A DNA stretch of 64,000 nucleotides from the NCBI GenBank assembly GCA_013239625.1, contig MU053629.1, positions 1,639,567-1,703,566 of the forward strand, given 5' to 3'. This document shows, in pieces, positions 49,408 to 62,280 of the stretch (the first letter of the stretch is position 1; each line of letters starts with the position of its first letter). The position numbers and the translations under genes are program-made. This DNA comes from Lama guanicoe (lineage: Eukaryota). The notes below the pieces were generated by a model. The model saw nothing but the letters and a program-made list of their open reading frames with translations, did no database searches and was not told the DNA's origin.

Positions 49408-50765
49408 CTGGTGGGTGTTGAGACAGAAGGGCCAGAGTTAATTCGACGGCTGCTCCGAGGGCCGTCCAAGGTGCAGGCAGAAGGCACACGAGCAGCCTCT
49501 CTGCAGGCGCGGCATGGGCCAGGCCACAGGAGGACAGGGTGGGACAAGCGCCCCCAAGGGCCGTAAGAAAGACTGAGGAGGACAAGGTGCTGCCGCAGGC
49601 ACACTTCAGGGCAGGGTGGTCCGCGGTCATTAGAGGGTCTCCACACGCATAGCATTTAGGGGTGCTGGCACAGACAAGCAGGCTAGAGCCAGGGTTCTGC
49701 AGGCATCCACTCAGAGGCAGAAGCACACAAGGCCATGGCTGATGGGGGAGGCTGGGGGCCTCTCTCCTTCAGGGCCAGGCAGCTCCCTGGGCCTCAGCAA
49801 CACTCGGCACGCTGAGCAGGGAGGCTGCCCACAAGACTCCTGAGCTCTGTGTTCTGGGCCCACCCGGAACCTGGAGCGCCCTTGGCCTTGCCCATCCTGC
49901 AACAAGCAGATGAACATGGCCCTCCCTGCTCTCCATCTTCCATCGGCCTCTGCCCCTTCTCATCTGCACCCTCAGATCATCCTCAGCCACCCCTCACTTA
50001 ACAATTCCAGTGAATGAGAAGTCTGGTGACACCACTGGGAGCGCATATCTCATCAGTCAGCAGGACTAGGGCTGGAACCTGACTCCTCTCCCGACTCCCA
50101 TGCTTCCAAAATACTTTTCGCTGGGACTTTACTGGGACTCGACGGCCAGGCCCTCTGAAAACCCAGCAGCCAGAAGCCCAGGTACAGAGCAGGTTAGGCA
50201 GGAAGTCGCTTTTGTGCCCCCACCTCCCCAGCGAGAATGGAAGGAGCAGTGGCTTCTCTTCCCTGCCAGGCCTCCACCTCGTGGCCCACTCCCTGAGGTC
50301 TCCAGGTGCCGGGGGAAGCCAGTGACCGGTTGGAGTGTCATCATTTACTCAGAGCCCCAGAAGTCACAAAGAAGGGGCCCTGGTTGCAAAGTTGAAGTTT
50401 TTAACTATCGTCGGTCTTGCTCTACAACTGGGGGGTCCTGATTTCTGCTCTGACCGTGATCGTGTCAAGTCCTCCAACAAGGAACACTTGGTAAGATGGG
50501 CCCAAAGAACAAGGATTTCAACTGAAGTTTGTGAAAGTTTCATTTCGTAAGTCACCTGAACCCGCGGAATAGAAACTTAAACCTGTCAATGTATTTCAGC
50601 AGGCCCAGACCCTTGGAAGCCTCCAACTAGCTTTCATGTGTGCCCGAGGGTCAGAGTTTCAAGAAAAGGCCTTTCTATGGGATTCCAGCATCTGCACGCC
50701 CCAGTCAGCCTTGGCGACAGAGCAGGGAACTGCCTGCTCACTGCAACTCATCACCGTGCTCTTAC

Positions 50766-50811
50766 CGTGATCCAGGGGTGACTGAGAGCCTCTTGGATCG
50801 TGAGCCGTTTC
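50766..50811 (-). CDS. DAPK2: DAPK2 last kinase-domain exon, 46 nt (KRLTIQEALSHPWIT)
   Basis: HPW motif at the end of the kinase domain. cag acceptor, gtaaga donor; ends in phase 0, compatible with both downstream acceptors (49407 and 40119). Confidence 0.96.
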
Positions 50812-51763
50812 CTGCAACGAGGATCAGAAAACAGTGATGACTCAGGAGGAGCTGAGAGCAATAGTCTCCATTCTTACTCTTCTTAGACCTGCCTTTGGCA
50901 TTCTTTGAGCACTGCCATCAAACTCGAATAATGTGGGATGCCGAGACGGATGGATAATTGGCTGCATTCCCTGCACTCCAGAGAAAGCGGTCCAGGCAGG
51001 ACCCTTCGATAAAATGAGATCACAAACCCTCATGTCCAGTCCCAGAATTGAAGCACCCAGCACCACACTACAGGAGCGTCATAAATGCTCTCCATCGTGA
51101 AAGCTTTGGTCTCTGTTTTTCTATTTGTCTCCCAGGTCTCTTCTCTGCCCTTCCCTGCTCTGTACCCAGGGAAGGTGATCCCACCTAGCACTGCCCTTTG
51201 ACGGGGAAATCAGGCCCCTACATCTTAGAGGACCTCATTCTGACTCTCTCTGAAGCCTGTGGGACCAAGAGGACCTGGCCTTCTAGAGTCTGCAGACCTT
51301 ACCCCAGCCTCAACCAGGCCATGCTCTGGGCACCCAGCACCCTACAACTCCCTGCCCGTCGTCTTCTTTGATCCCAAAGCCCCGGGGCTTACACTGGGCT
51401 CTGAAGAACTGGTGGGACTAGCAGGTCTCCTATTCTCCCACTGTTCTGACCCCTCCCATCCTGAATTGGCTTGAAAACTCTGCCACTTTCCTTTTCAAAT
51501 CCTCGTTCCCCGTGCCTTGGGGACAGACTGCAGAAGATAATGAGCCCTAGAGAAACTCAGGCTGCCTTAAAAACACACACACACACAGAGTTTTTTGCAC
51601 TCCAGCAGGCAAAGAAAGCAGAAAGACTTGAGCAAATAAGATGAATGCCAAGTGTCAGTCAGCCCACACTCCTCAGCACCTGCCCAGAATAGACCACCAT
51701 GGTCAGACGACGTGGTGGCCACAACAAGGACAGATGGACACAGTGCCTCTGTCTGTCCTCTTA

Positions 51764-52489
<726 letters not shown>

Positions 52490-54480
52490 TCATATTCCAG
52501 ATGTGCCACTGTCCCAGAAGTCCCTGGGCCCTAATCTCCCTCCACGCGCTCCCTGCCTTGATTAGTGACATCACTTCACAAATGTATCCAAGCTAGGAAC
52601 ACAGCAGTCACCTCTGACTCCTCCTGCCACTCCCTCACCACATCTAACTGGCCAAAAAGCCTTACTGGTTCCATTTACTAAGTATCTCTTAAAGGTCACC
52701 CCTATCCCCACTAACACCTTCCTGGCATAGTGAAAGCAAGGTACACTGGAAAAAATCTGATATTTCAATCCTGGGTTTGAATCCCGGCTCTGCCCCTCAT
52801 GTGTGAACCTCTGAATGGCAGTTTCCTCGTCTGTAAACTGAAGAAAATAAAAGTCCCCACCTCACATGATTGTTGTGAATAAACAGATATTAGATGTTGA
52901 AGAAGAAATATATAGAGAATGTTCCGTGCAATCCTGGCCCGAACTAAGAGCTCAAGGATTGATGGCCATCATTACTGTCATTGTTAGAATGCACAGAACC
53001 CTCTATGACTCCCCATTCTCTACAGAATTGCATCTAAACTCCTGAGCAAGGCAGCAGAAGTTGGTCCCTACCACATGCTTGGTATATTTCATCACACTTG
53101 CCACTCTCGCTGTTCCCTTCCTCAACCAGGACAGCCATTCCTTCCCATCCCACCTGGAGAGTGAACCTCACAGCCCAGCTCAGATCTCTCGGAGCTGCAG
53201 GCAAGCAGGGTGGACTCTCCGCCTGTAGTATCCTGGGTGCCTGTCACAGTGCCCACTATGGAGCAGGCAGTCATAACCTGTATAGAAGTCAATGAACTAG
53301 AAGGTGGCTGTGTGCCTAAAGACACTGGAATTCCTTAATATTTCACTATGGAAACGAGAGTTCTGAAGATACCCAGGTTTCAAGAAGCAATGTCTGAATA
53401 TTCCGGATCTAATCTGGAACTATCTAGCAATGCCTCAAATTCTCTCTGCATCAAATTCCTCTAGGGCTTAAAAAAAATACTGATGCTCAGACCACGCCTC
53501 TATTTTGTGATTCTGATTTCACAAATCTGGGGTGGGGTCTGGGACATGGTACATTTTAAAAGGTCTGATGTTCAGCCAGGGTTGAGACCCTCTGCCACAA
53601 CTCTGGGGTTAGGGGGTGGTCTACCACATTGCACAGAGCTCCTAGTCCAAGGAGGAGTGGGCCTGCATCCCCTCTAGCTGTGGGCTGGCTCTTACCCAGG
53701 GTGCCATAAAAATAGCATTTTGCAGGGGTGCTGTGAGAGGAAACAGTTGGGAAGGACTGACGAAATGAATACCAGCTAATCTGCCTGTATGTGCCTGAGC
53801 AGTGCTGGGAAATTCGCACGTCGGCTTATTTAACCCTCACAACACATCCGTGGCAGGAAGTTTGCGATTCCTATTTTTCTGATGAGGAAAACAGGCCCAG
53901 AGGCTAAGTCTCTGCCCCAGGCCAGGGAGATGGAAAGTGACAGATCCAATCCCCGGTGTAGGAAATCTCTGCTTAAGCAACGTAATACTTCAGAGACAGG
54001 AAAGAGAGGCTCCGGGGGAAAGGAGAGAGAGAGAAGGTGAGAAGAAAAGGGGTCTTGGGAAAGGGAGGGGAAAAGGCAGAAAAGAAGAGGTGGGATCAGG
54101 GAGGGCAATGGCAGCTTGAGGACTGCCCCAAGGCTTCGGAGTAAAAACTGACAATCTCACAGGAAACCTCAGTCTGGGTCAGGCTGAGCGGTGGACCCCC
54201 AGCCACAGGAGGGATGCAGACACAGGTGTGTAGGATGGAGGGCCGCAGGCTGCTCTCCCGGGTTCCTGCCCAACCCCAAGCCCAAGGTCAACTGCACGAA
54301 ATGGAACTGAGCTGAGATCACTTCGCCTCAGGTTTGCTGTGTGGATCTGACGTATCTGGTCATGGTGGGGACTCAGGAAATGTCTGTCTGTCTGTCTGCC
54401 TGCCTGCCCCTCTCCCATCCCTCCCGCTTCCCCCGGATCTGAGCTGAGTAGGATCAGCACCCGGGATCAGTAATACTTAC

Positions 54481-54507
54481 AGGATGTAGGTGATGACGCC
54501 AATGCTC
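54481..54507 (-). CDS. DAPK2: DAPK2 micro-exon, 27 nt (SIGVITYIL)
   Basis: ttacag|GAGCATTGGCGTCATCACCTACATCCT|gtaagt; completes DMW-SIGVITYIL-LSG in frame. Confidence 0.96.
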
Positions 54508-55181
54508 CTGTAAGACAAAGAACAGTCAAGTCAGGGCTGCCAGGCTCTCATCCCAAACCAGCGAGGGACTCCCCACACGGTTCTCAGGGCCCCTACACGG
54601 CAGCCCCCAATGCCGTCTCGACGCCGCTCCCCACCCCACCCCTCAGCAGCAGCCGAGGCCTTGTTCAGAGTCATCAAGCTCTGGACACTGCGTCCGAGGA
54701 CCCGAATTCAAGGTCACATGCCTACACGTGCAGGCTGCCGTGATCACCTCTGGGTCTCTCTCTCCTCATTAAGTGAGGATAATGATAACTACCTCATAGG
54801 ACCGCTGAGGGCATTTTAGAAAATTAAGTAATCGAGGTGCTCAGACAACTGTCAAGCACTTTTCAAACAAAACGAGTCCCATCTGGGCAGAGAATCAATC
54901 ACTGCGGTCTCCCCAGGCCCAGTGTGGAGCCTGGGATGTAAGAGGCTCCCAGGGATCACTACTTGGTTGACTGATGGAATGAACTATTGTCACTGTTAGC
55001 CTCATCATGCCTGCATCTCCAGCCTCACCTCGCCCCTTGTCCTCTGCCTCAGCCGTGCTCTAACTGGCCTGGAGGAGCCAGAGGCTCTGGAAGGTGAGTG
55101 TGGAGAAAGAGGTTTTCATGGTCAAGGGAGACGTCGGATGGAGCCAGGCTCTGGGCCACCTGGCTGGCCTGTACAACTTAC

Positions 55182-55230
55182 CACATGTCAGCCTCCAGTC
55201 CCAGGGGCTCATAGTTCACAATTTCTGGAG
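55182..55230 (-). CDS. DAPK2: DAPK2 exon, 49 nt (APEIVNYEPLGLEADMW)
   Basis: APE motif and start of helix alphaF. cag acceptor, gtaagt donor; phase 1 to phase 2, consistent with both neighbouring exons. Confidence 0.97.
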
Positions 55231-57183
55231 CTGAAAGAAGCCATATTGAAGATTCAGCAGGAGTATGAAAATGAGAAGAGATGATTATAGGGAATTTGGT
55301 GCCAAATGTCTCCATCCTGAATCCTCACTAAGGAAAATCTGGGAGGCGGATGGAGATAATCTGGGCCTAAGGATTTTGAGGAAGGAAGTTGCCTGTTACC
55401 CTGGCAGAAAACCTTCTTTCACAAAGAGGCTGGAGAGTGTAGAAGAGAGAATGCAAACAGGGACACCTCGAAAAGGAAGAGGAGGGTGAAGAGAGGAAGA
55501 TGCTGGAAGGGGCACCGGGGAGAGTGGCAAAGCCTGCTATGGAACTCTCTGCTGGAAGGGGATGGAGGGGAAAAGAAGGCAGAGAGGGAATCCACTTTCC
55601 TCTGAGTCTGTCTGAAAGAGGGCACCGCCCACCCAAGGGGCAGGAGAGCATTCTGGTGGCAGCAGAGGGGATGAGCCTGTGATGAGCCTGTGATGCTCGA
55701 GGGGCAGCCAAAGGAAGATGTCCAGGAAAGCTGGGTGTCGGGGGTGGGGTGGGCCAGAGCCATCACATGTCACTGCACAGGTGGAAACACGAGCCATGCG
55801 AAAGCTGCCCTGACCAGGAGAAGGTGCAGAGTTGAGGAAAGAAGACTCTACCGGGGAGAGGAGAGGACAAAATGCTGCCCAGAGATTAAGCCGACAAGCA
55901 CTGGAAAGCGAGTGTTGAATTTCCCACTCATTGCAGTGCCCAGAGAGGATTGACCATGGGACGTGGAGATAAGGGTGTAGATGACTCTAAAAAAGCTTGG
56001 TGATGAAATGGAGAAGAGAGAGAAGGCAATAACTAGAGACAGGAGAGGGATTGAGTCTGTTTAATCACAGAGATGGAGAGCAGGAAAGGCTAAGTTTGTT
56101 CACGGAGAACAATATCAAAACCACCACATCTGTAGGATGTTCCCACCATCCCACCCTCCCACCTCTCCTTACTTCCAGGCACAGGTAACCACTCTCCTGG
56201 CTTTGCTTCCTAAAAATGATGTCATACTGCATGTGATCTACTGTCACCTGATTTCCCAGCCCCCTCGACATTATGCTTCTAGCATTCATTGAATGTTCAG
56301 CCATGGTCTTTCATCTTCATGGCTATGCAATAGTCCACTGTGTAAATACAGATCATCTTCTAATCGTTCTCCTCTCAGCGATCATTTGGACGTTTTCTGC
56401 TTCTTTTATTATTGGAAAAACATTGCTCTGAACTTTTTTCTACCTGTGTCCTGAGACACACATGAAAGACTTTCTCTAGAACAGTAAGTGCTGTCTACAG
56501 GCAAAAAGTCTGCAGACTGGCACTGGTCCAGACAAGATACGTACAGAAATTGAGAGCAGGCATTTAGAGACTTGGAAAACGATTTGACATTGTCATGACA
56601 CTCAAACTGTGATCATTTTTCTAGGAATTTATTTTTATTGTATCTTACTGAAGAAGCATTCCAGGATAGACTTTTTGTCAAGTCTTTCACCCTTGAGGGT
56701 TTGAGAAGCACAACTAAGTTTCCAGGGCTCATCTGATTGATATACATCTACACTTAACTTCCGTCCTCTCTGTGCTTTTGTTTGTCCAGTTTTCTGTGCT
56801 TTTCATCTTTTGTCTTCTTTTAAAATAGTATTTTTGTTAATTTTTTATTATCGTTTTTTCTCCAACTTCTATTTTTGTAACAGCTATCCTTGAGACTTTA
56901 CTAAGGATATCAAACCATAAATCAAAATTTTGACCCACTTCTAACAATCCAAGAACCTTAGAACACTAATTTCAAGCACTCTGTTCTATTTAACATTATT
57001 TCCTTCAGTTTCTAGCTGTCATTTTTTTAAACTCACAATTAAAACTTCATCATCATCATCATTATTTTGGAAAGAAAGTAATTTATATTTGCCTAATATT
57101 TACTGATTTCTTTCCTCCTATTATTTCTTGCATTGAGACCTCCCTTCAGAGGTCATTTTCCTTAATTCAGAAGTACATCTTTT

Positions 57184-57298
57184 GGAGGAGGGTATAGCTC
57201 AGTGGTAGAGTACGTGCTTAGCATGCACAAGGTCCTCATTCAACCCCCAGCACCTCCACTTAAAAAAAAATAAACCTAATTACCCCCTGCCCCCAAAA
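57184..57298 (+). mobile_element. tRNA-derived SINE (Vic-1-like) inside an old L1M
   Basis: gggtatagctcagtggtagag head; imperfect TSD agaagta(ca/tc)tctttt. Confidence 0.85.
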
Positions 57299-57720
57299 AG
57301 AAGTATCTCTTTTAGAAATTCCATTAATGAAGGTCTGCTGGAGGTTAGTTGTTTTTTATTATTTTGCCTTTTTCGTTGTTGTTCTCTGTTCTTTGGGGTT
57401 TTTGGTTTTTGCTTTGTTTTTCCTGAAATTTTTACTCTCATTCTTGAAATATATTTTCCCTTGGTACACAATTAAGGGTTTTTAAATTTTCCCTCGGCTT
57501 TTTGGAGATAATCTTCTATTGGACACTGGCTCCCACTGTTGTTGTGAGAAGTACGCTGTCTGTTCAACTATTTTGTTTGTTTATTTTTTATTTTTTGTAG
57601 ATTATCTGTCTTCTCTCTGGCTGCTTTTTAAGATCTTCTCTTTGTCTCTGGTGCCCTAAAGTTTAACTATAATCTATCTAGGTATGCATTTTCTCTTCTG
57701 CATTGTTCTTTCTGTATCTG

Positions 57721-58298
57721 TGAGGCAGGAAGCCCCATAAAAAGACCAGCAGAACCCTTAGGCAGGGCCACTGCTCTCCTCCAAGAACCGTCCGGTTCGC
57801 AGGCGAAGAGCCTCTAGCTCACTTTTTGTCTCTAAAGAGGCTAACTTACACCTAGAATTCTATTGGTTCCCTGAACTCACTTCTGATTGGTTATTTCCTT
57901 CACTCCTGATTGGTTATTACTCTCACTCCTGATTGGTTATTAGTCTCACTTCTGATTGGCCCACTTCCCTAACTTCTGATTGGTCCATTTGTAGTACTTC
58001 ATTTGCCAGGAGCTCACTCCTGATTGGCCTATTTCTACAAAGCTTGTTCCTGATTGGTCAACTTCTGTTATACTTTATTTGCATATGATGTTGCAAAGTG
58101 TAAAACTGGTAGCTTATAAAAGGCCTGTGTAAAGCCGTGGACAGGTTCCAGAGCTTGACGTGTTAACTCCTCTGGGCCTGCTGGTGTAATAAACGTGAGT
58201 TCTCCGACTCTCTGAGTGCTGCTTGGTCTCTTGCCCAGATCCAGGTTGCTGTCACAACTGAGCAGTAACGCTGAGCTGTAACACGTTTTTCTGCAACA
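57721..58298 (+). mobile_element. Solo ERV1-class LTR with a perfect 4-bp TSD (TCTG), antisense in a DAPK2 intron
   Basis: TG...CA termini; tctg at 57717-57720 and 58299-58302; TATAAAA at 58115; AATAAA at 58188; tandem ATTGG repeats in U3. Confidence 0.88.
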
Positions 58299-58633
58299 TC
58301 TGGGGATGCATGTTTTTACATGAGGAACAAAAATTCTCATCCAATCTCTTCAGATGTTACTCCTCTATTGTCTCCTCCTTCCTCCAGGATTCCAGATAGA
58401 CCTACATTAGGCTTCTTTTTTAAACTTTATTTCACTTTTTCTCTTTGTAATATTTCTGTGTCTTTTCCACTCAGAGGTATTCTAATTTTTTCCAGCTCAG
58501 TCTTTAAATTCTTGAATTATCTCCTCAGCCATATATAAGCTGCTATTTGGCCCAGCCATTGAGTTTTAAATTCAAGGAGTACATACTGAACTTCTTAAAG
58601 TTCTATCTGGCTCTTTCGAAAATTTGCCTTGTC

Positions 58634-58760
58634 GAGGAAGGGTGTAGCTCAGTGACAGAGCACATGCCTAGCAGGCATGAGGTCATAGGTTCAATCCCCA
58701 GTACCTCCATTAAAATAAACAAACAAACGTAATTATCCTCCCGCAAAAAAACACATACAT
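58634..58760 (+). mobile_element. tRNA-derived SINE (Vic-1-like)
   Basis: A and B boxes; TSD aaaatttg(c/t)cttgtc on both sides. Confidence 0.87.
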
Positions 58761-60769
58761 AAAAATTTGTCTTGTCATTTTGAGTCTCTTGTTGCTTTTT
58801 CATTCTTGTGAGTCTACCTTTTATTTCTATATACATTCCACTTATTTTATAATCAACATCTGATAATTTCAGTATCCTATGTCCTTAAGCATCTAAACCT
58901 TGCTAGTCTCTGAGTAAAATGCTGATACGTGCACTTGCCTTTAGGGGAGGTCCTCCTACTGAATACCCTTGCTGCTCATAGCTCCAGCCCTAAGTTCATT
59001 TCACTTGCTTTTGCGAACAGGTTGATGCTTAAAGATTTATCTTATTTCCTATGAGTTCAGAATTACATTTAAAAGAACATTTCTCTCAAGAGTCCAGTTT
59101 TGCAAGACCTGGTCGACCACACTCTTGGAAGCTGACACTAACTTTTCACCCTGGTCTTAGGTTAAAATTTCAAAGATTGATGGGAAATGGGAAAAATGGT
59201 TATAACCTGTTTTCAAGGGTCTTGGGAAGAGCAAGCCATCATAATTTGGGCAGGATCTTAGAGAAGCCACACTCTGTATCTGCCAGGTGCAAACAAAACC
59301 ATTTCTGGGCTGGAGTTGGGTCACACTGGCCCTTGAGAGTCAACTGTAGGCACCTCCTCCGAACTCTGAATTCAGGGGCAACATGGTGGTAGCTTGAAAT
59401 TGGCAAATGCTAGAAATTAGGGTTATGTTTTGTTTCGAGACCTGGTTGTTACACATTTACCAGTATACCACTGGGCAAAACCCTCTACGGTCTGGCCCCA
59501 CCCATCAGTATGCCACTCACACAGCCAGCCTGTGTGAACCCTTTGCTCCATCTACAGGGGACAGTGAGTTTTCTCTCAATAAATGCACTCATTCTGGCCC
59601 GACATCGGTGCTAGGGTACCTCTGAACTCAGGATGTGCCCCTCCTCTATCCTAGCTCCTCCCTGCCCTGCTGACACTTCTCCCGCCAGCACTTTGTCCCT
59701 CACCACTCAAAGCCATGACTGATTCCATTGAGTTTGCAAGAGTGGATATCTTGTCGGAACAGTCTTTCAGAGCTGTCTGTATCACTTGCTTTACAATTAA
59801 CCACATCCTGTCCTGTGACACCTCTTCCATTACTTCCCTGAATTTCTAGTTGAATCATTCATTATTATTCAACACTTCATATGAACTTAACTAGATAAAC
59901 ATACATATTTTTATAACATATGTGAATGGTGAGCAGCAACTGCTGTCTTGGACAAAGTTTGAGACCAGATATCTGTACCCCAGGTTCAAGTTGACTCTGC
60001 CACCAACTCACTGTGTGACTTTGAGTGTCATTCTGAGTGTGTCCCCTGACCATCCTTGTGTCCCCAGGACTTAATATCTGTTATACAGTAGATGGAGAAT
60101 AACCATTGGTGGACCGTAACTAAAAACCTCTGGCTCTCCAATTCCACATTTGTTAAACTAGACCAGATGCTCTGAAAAGATCCTTCCAGCACTCCGATTT
60201 GATGGTTTGACCCATGTTTCCACAACTAAATCGTAAGCTCCTTGGGGGCAAGGTCTTTTTAAAGAGACAACCCCATGTAATGGAAAGAGCACACGCTGTT
60301 GGATGTATCTGTATTTTGAATCTCTGCTTTACCACCTACTGGCTGTTTCGCCTTAAACAAGGCACCTGATGGAGAAAATATTTTAAATCTGCTTTGTGAG
60401 ATTGTATGAGGATTGGCTGAGACAATGCCTATAGAGTACCAGGCAGAATGCCTGGTACACAGCAAGGTTCTCCTGCCGGAGGGGTCAGTGGGGCCCTCCC
60501 AGAGCTGGCCCCACTTCCTGCTCTTAGATGAGCTGACTGTGAAGATTTAAAATTACATCACCCTTTGGATTCCCACAAACTCAACCTTTTCTTCCGGGAC
60601 CCGCACCCAGAGGCCAGCAAGACATTTCCTTCCCCACCCATTAGGTTCCCAAGGGGTCTCCAAGGCAGCATCTCTTAGCCCAGAGGCCACAGCCCCAGAT
60701 ACAGAATTTGCTCCTGGGATTTCTCCACCTTTTGATCCCTGGTTCTCAGCTGGGAAAGAAATAGGCTTA

Positions 60770-60961
<192 letters not shown>

Positions 60962-61734
60962 TTAAAGCCCTGTTTTGTGTTTTCACTTTGGGGTTGGGGT
61001 GGGGTTGGGTGTTCTTTTTTAGGAGACCAAAACAGCATAAACCCTTTCTTGTTTTTGTGTCCTCGATCTTCTGTGAACTCAAAAACAGCCACAGCGCTGA
61101 GGGCAAGGCCTGGGTTTTACCAACCCTGCTGCTGACGGCAGAACCAAAGACCCCAGCTTTAATCCTGCTTCTGTCTCTGAATGGCAGATCCCTTTAATGC
61201 AGTGCCTCTGTTTCCCCATCTGTCAAATGGGGCCAGGGAGATACTTGCAGCGTTTCCTTTAAACAAAACCACCGCCTCTGTGTGTGTGTGTGCTGGGGGA
61301 GGGGCACTGCAACTCAGCCCTGCTTTGCACTTGGCTTATTGACCTTCATCTTCCTGACCACCTCCTTCCCTGAACCGGCCAGCTTCCTGTTGACAACACT
61401 CCCCTCTTCTAGACTAACAGTGTGGCTCCTACTTCTCTATCTGCTTAACTAATTTTGGCCCTCAGTGGGACACAGGAAAAAAAGCACCTGATTTCCGGGG
61501 AAAACACCAGTCTCCCAGGCTATTTCCAGCCCAGCAAACAGCTGTCAGATCTGACATAACAATAAGGGTCTATGGGGGTGACAGTGAGAATCCCAGTGGG
61601 GCTAGAACAGGACCCTGAGCCTACCCTTCTCACTCCCACCTCACCACTCAACACACAGTGGGTAAGCAGGTCCCTCTGACTCATCTTTCCTCCCGTCCCC
61701 ACCAGGACTATCTTAGACACAACTCAAGATGGAC

Positions 61735-62280
61735 TGCCTTGAAAACATACATCCACACAAAAACTGGTACACAAATGTTCATGGCAGCATATTCAGAATA
61801 GTCCCAAAGCGGAAGCAACACAAATGGCCATCAACTGATGAGCAGATAAACAAAATGTGGTACATCCATACAGCGGGATGCTATTCAGCCATAGGAAGGA
61901 AGACAAAGAAGAAAATGGAAAGGGATGACGTACTGATACTGACTACAGCATGGATGGACCTTGAAAACATCATGGTGAGCAGAAGGTCAGTCACCAAAGA
62001 CTGCAGATTATACAATTCCATTGATGTAAGACATCAGAATAGGCAAATGCCGAAACAGAGAAGAGATGAGTCATTGCCTCGCACTAGGGGAAAGGGGAGT
62101 GACTGCTAATGGGTACTGGGTTTCTTTTTAGGATGATGAAAATTTTCTAAAACTGATTGTGGTGTTAGTTGTACAATTTTGTAAACTGTGTGCTTTGAAT
62201 GGGCGAATTGTAGGCTATATGGTATATTTTAATAAAGTGGTTTTAAATAGATAGCTAAATAAACAAATAAATGTTTAAGA
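61735..62280 (+). mobile_element. L1MB-like 3' fragment
   Basis: ORF 61729..62109 is a decayed L1 ORF2 end (WPSTDEQINKMWYIHT); old-L1 3' UTR and AATAAA follow. Confidence 0.8.

Noticed and set aside
57855..57990. CRISPR-like repeat array
   Set aside because: Head-to-tail 23-24 bp units with no unique spacers, inside an LTR in a mammalian genome; no cas genes.
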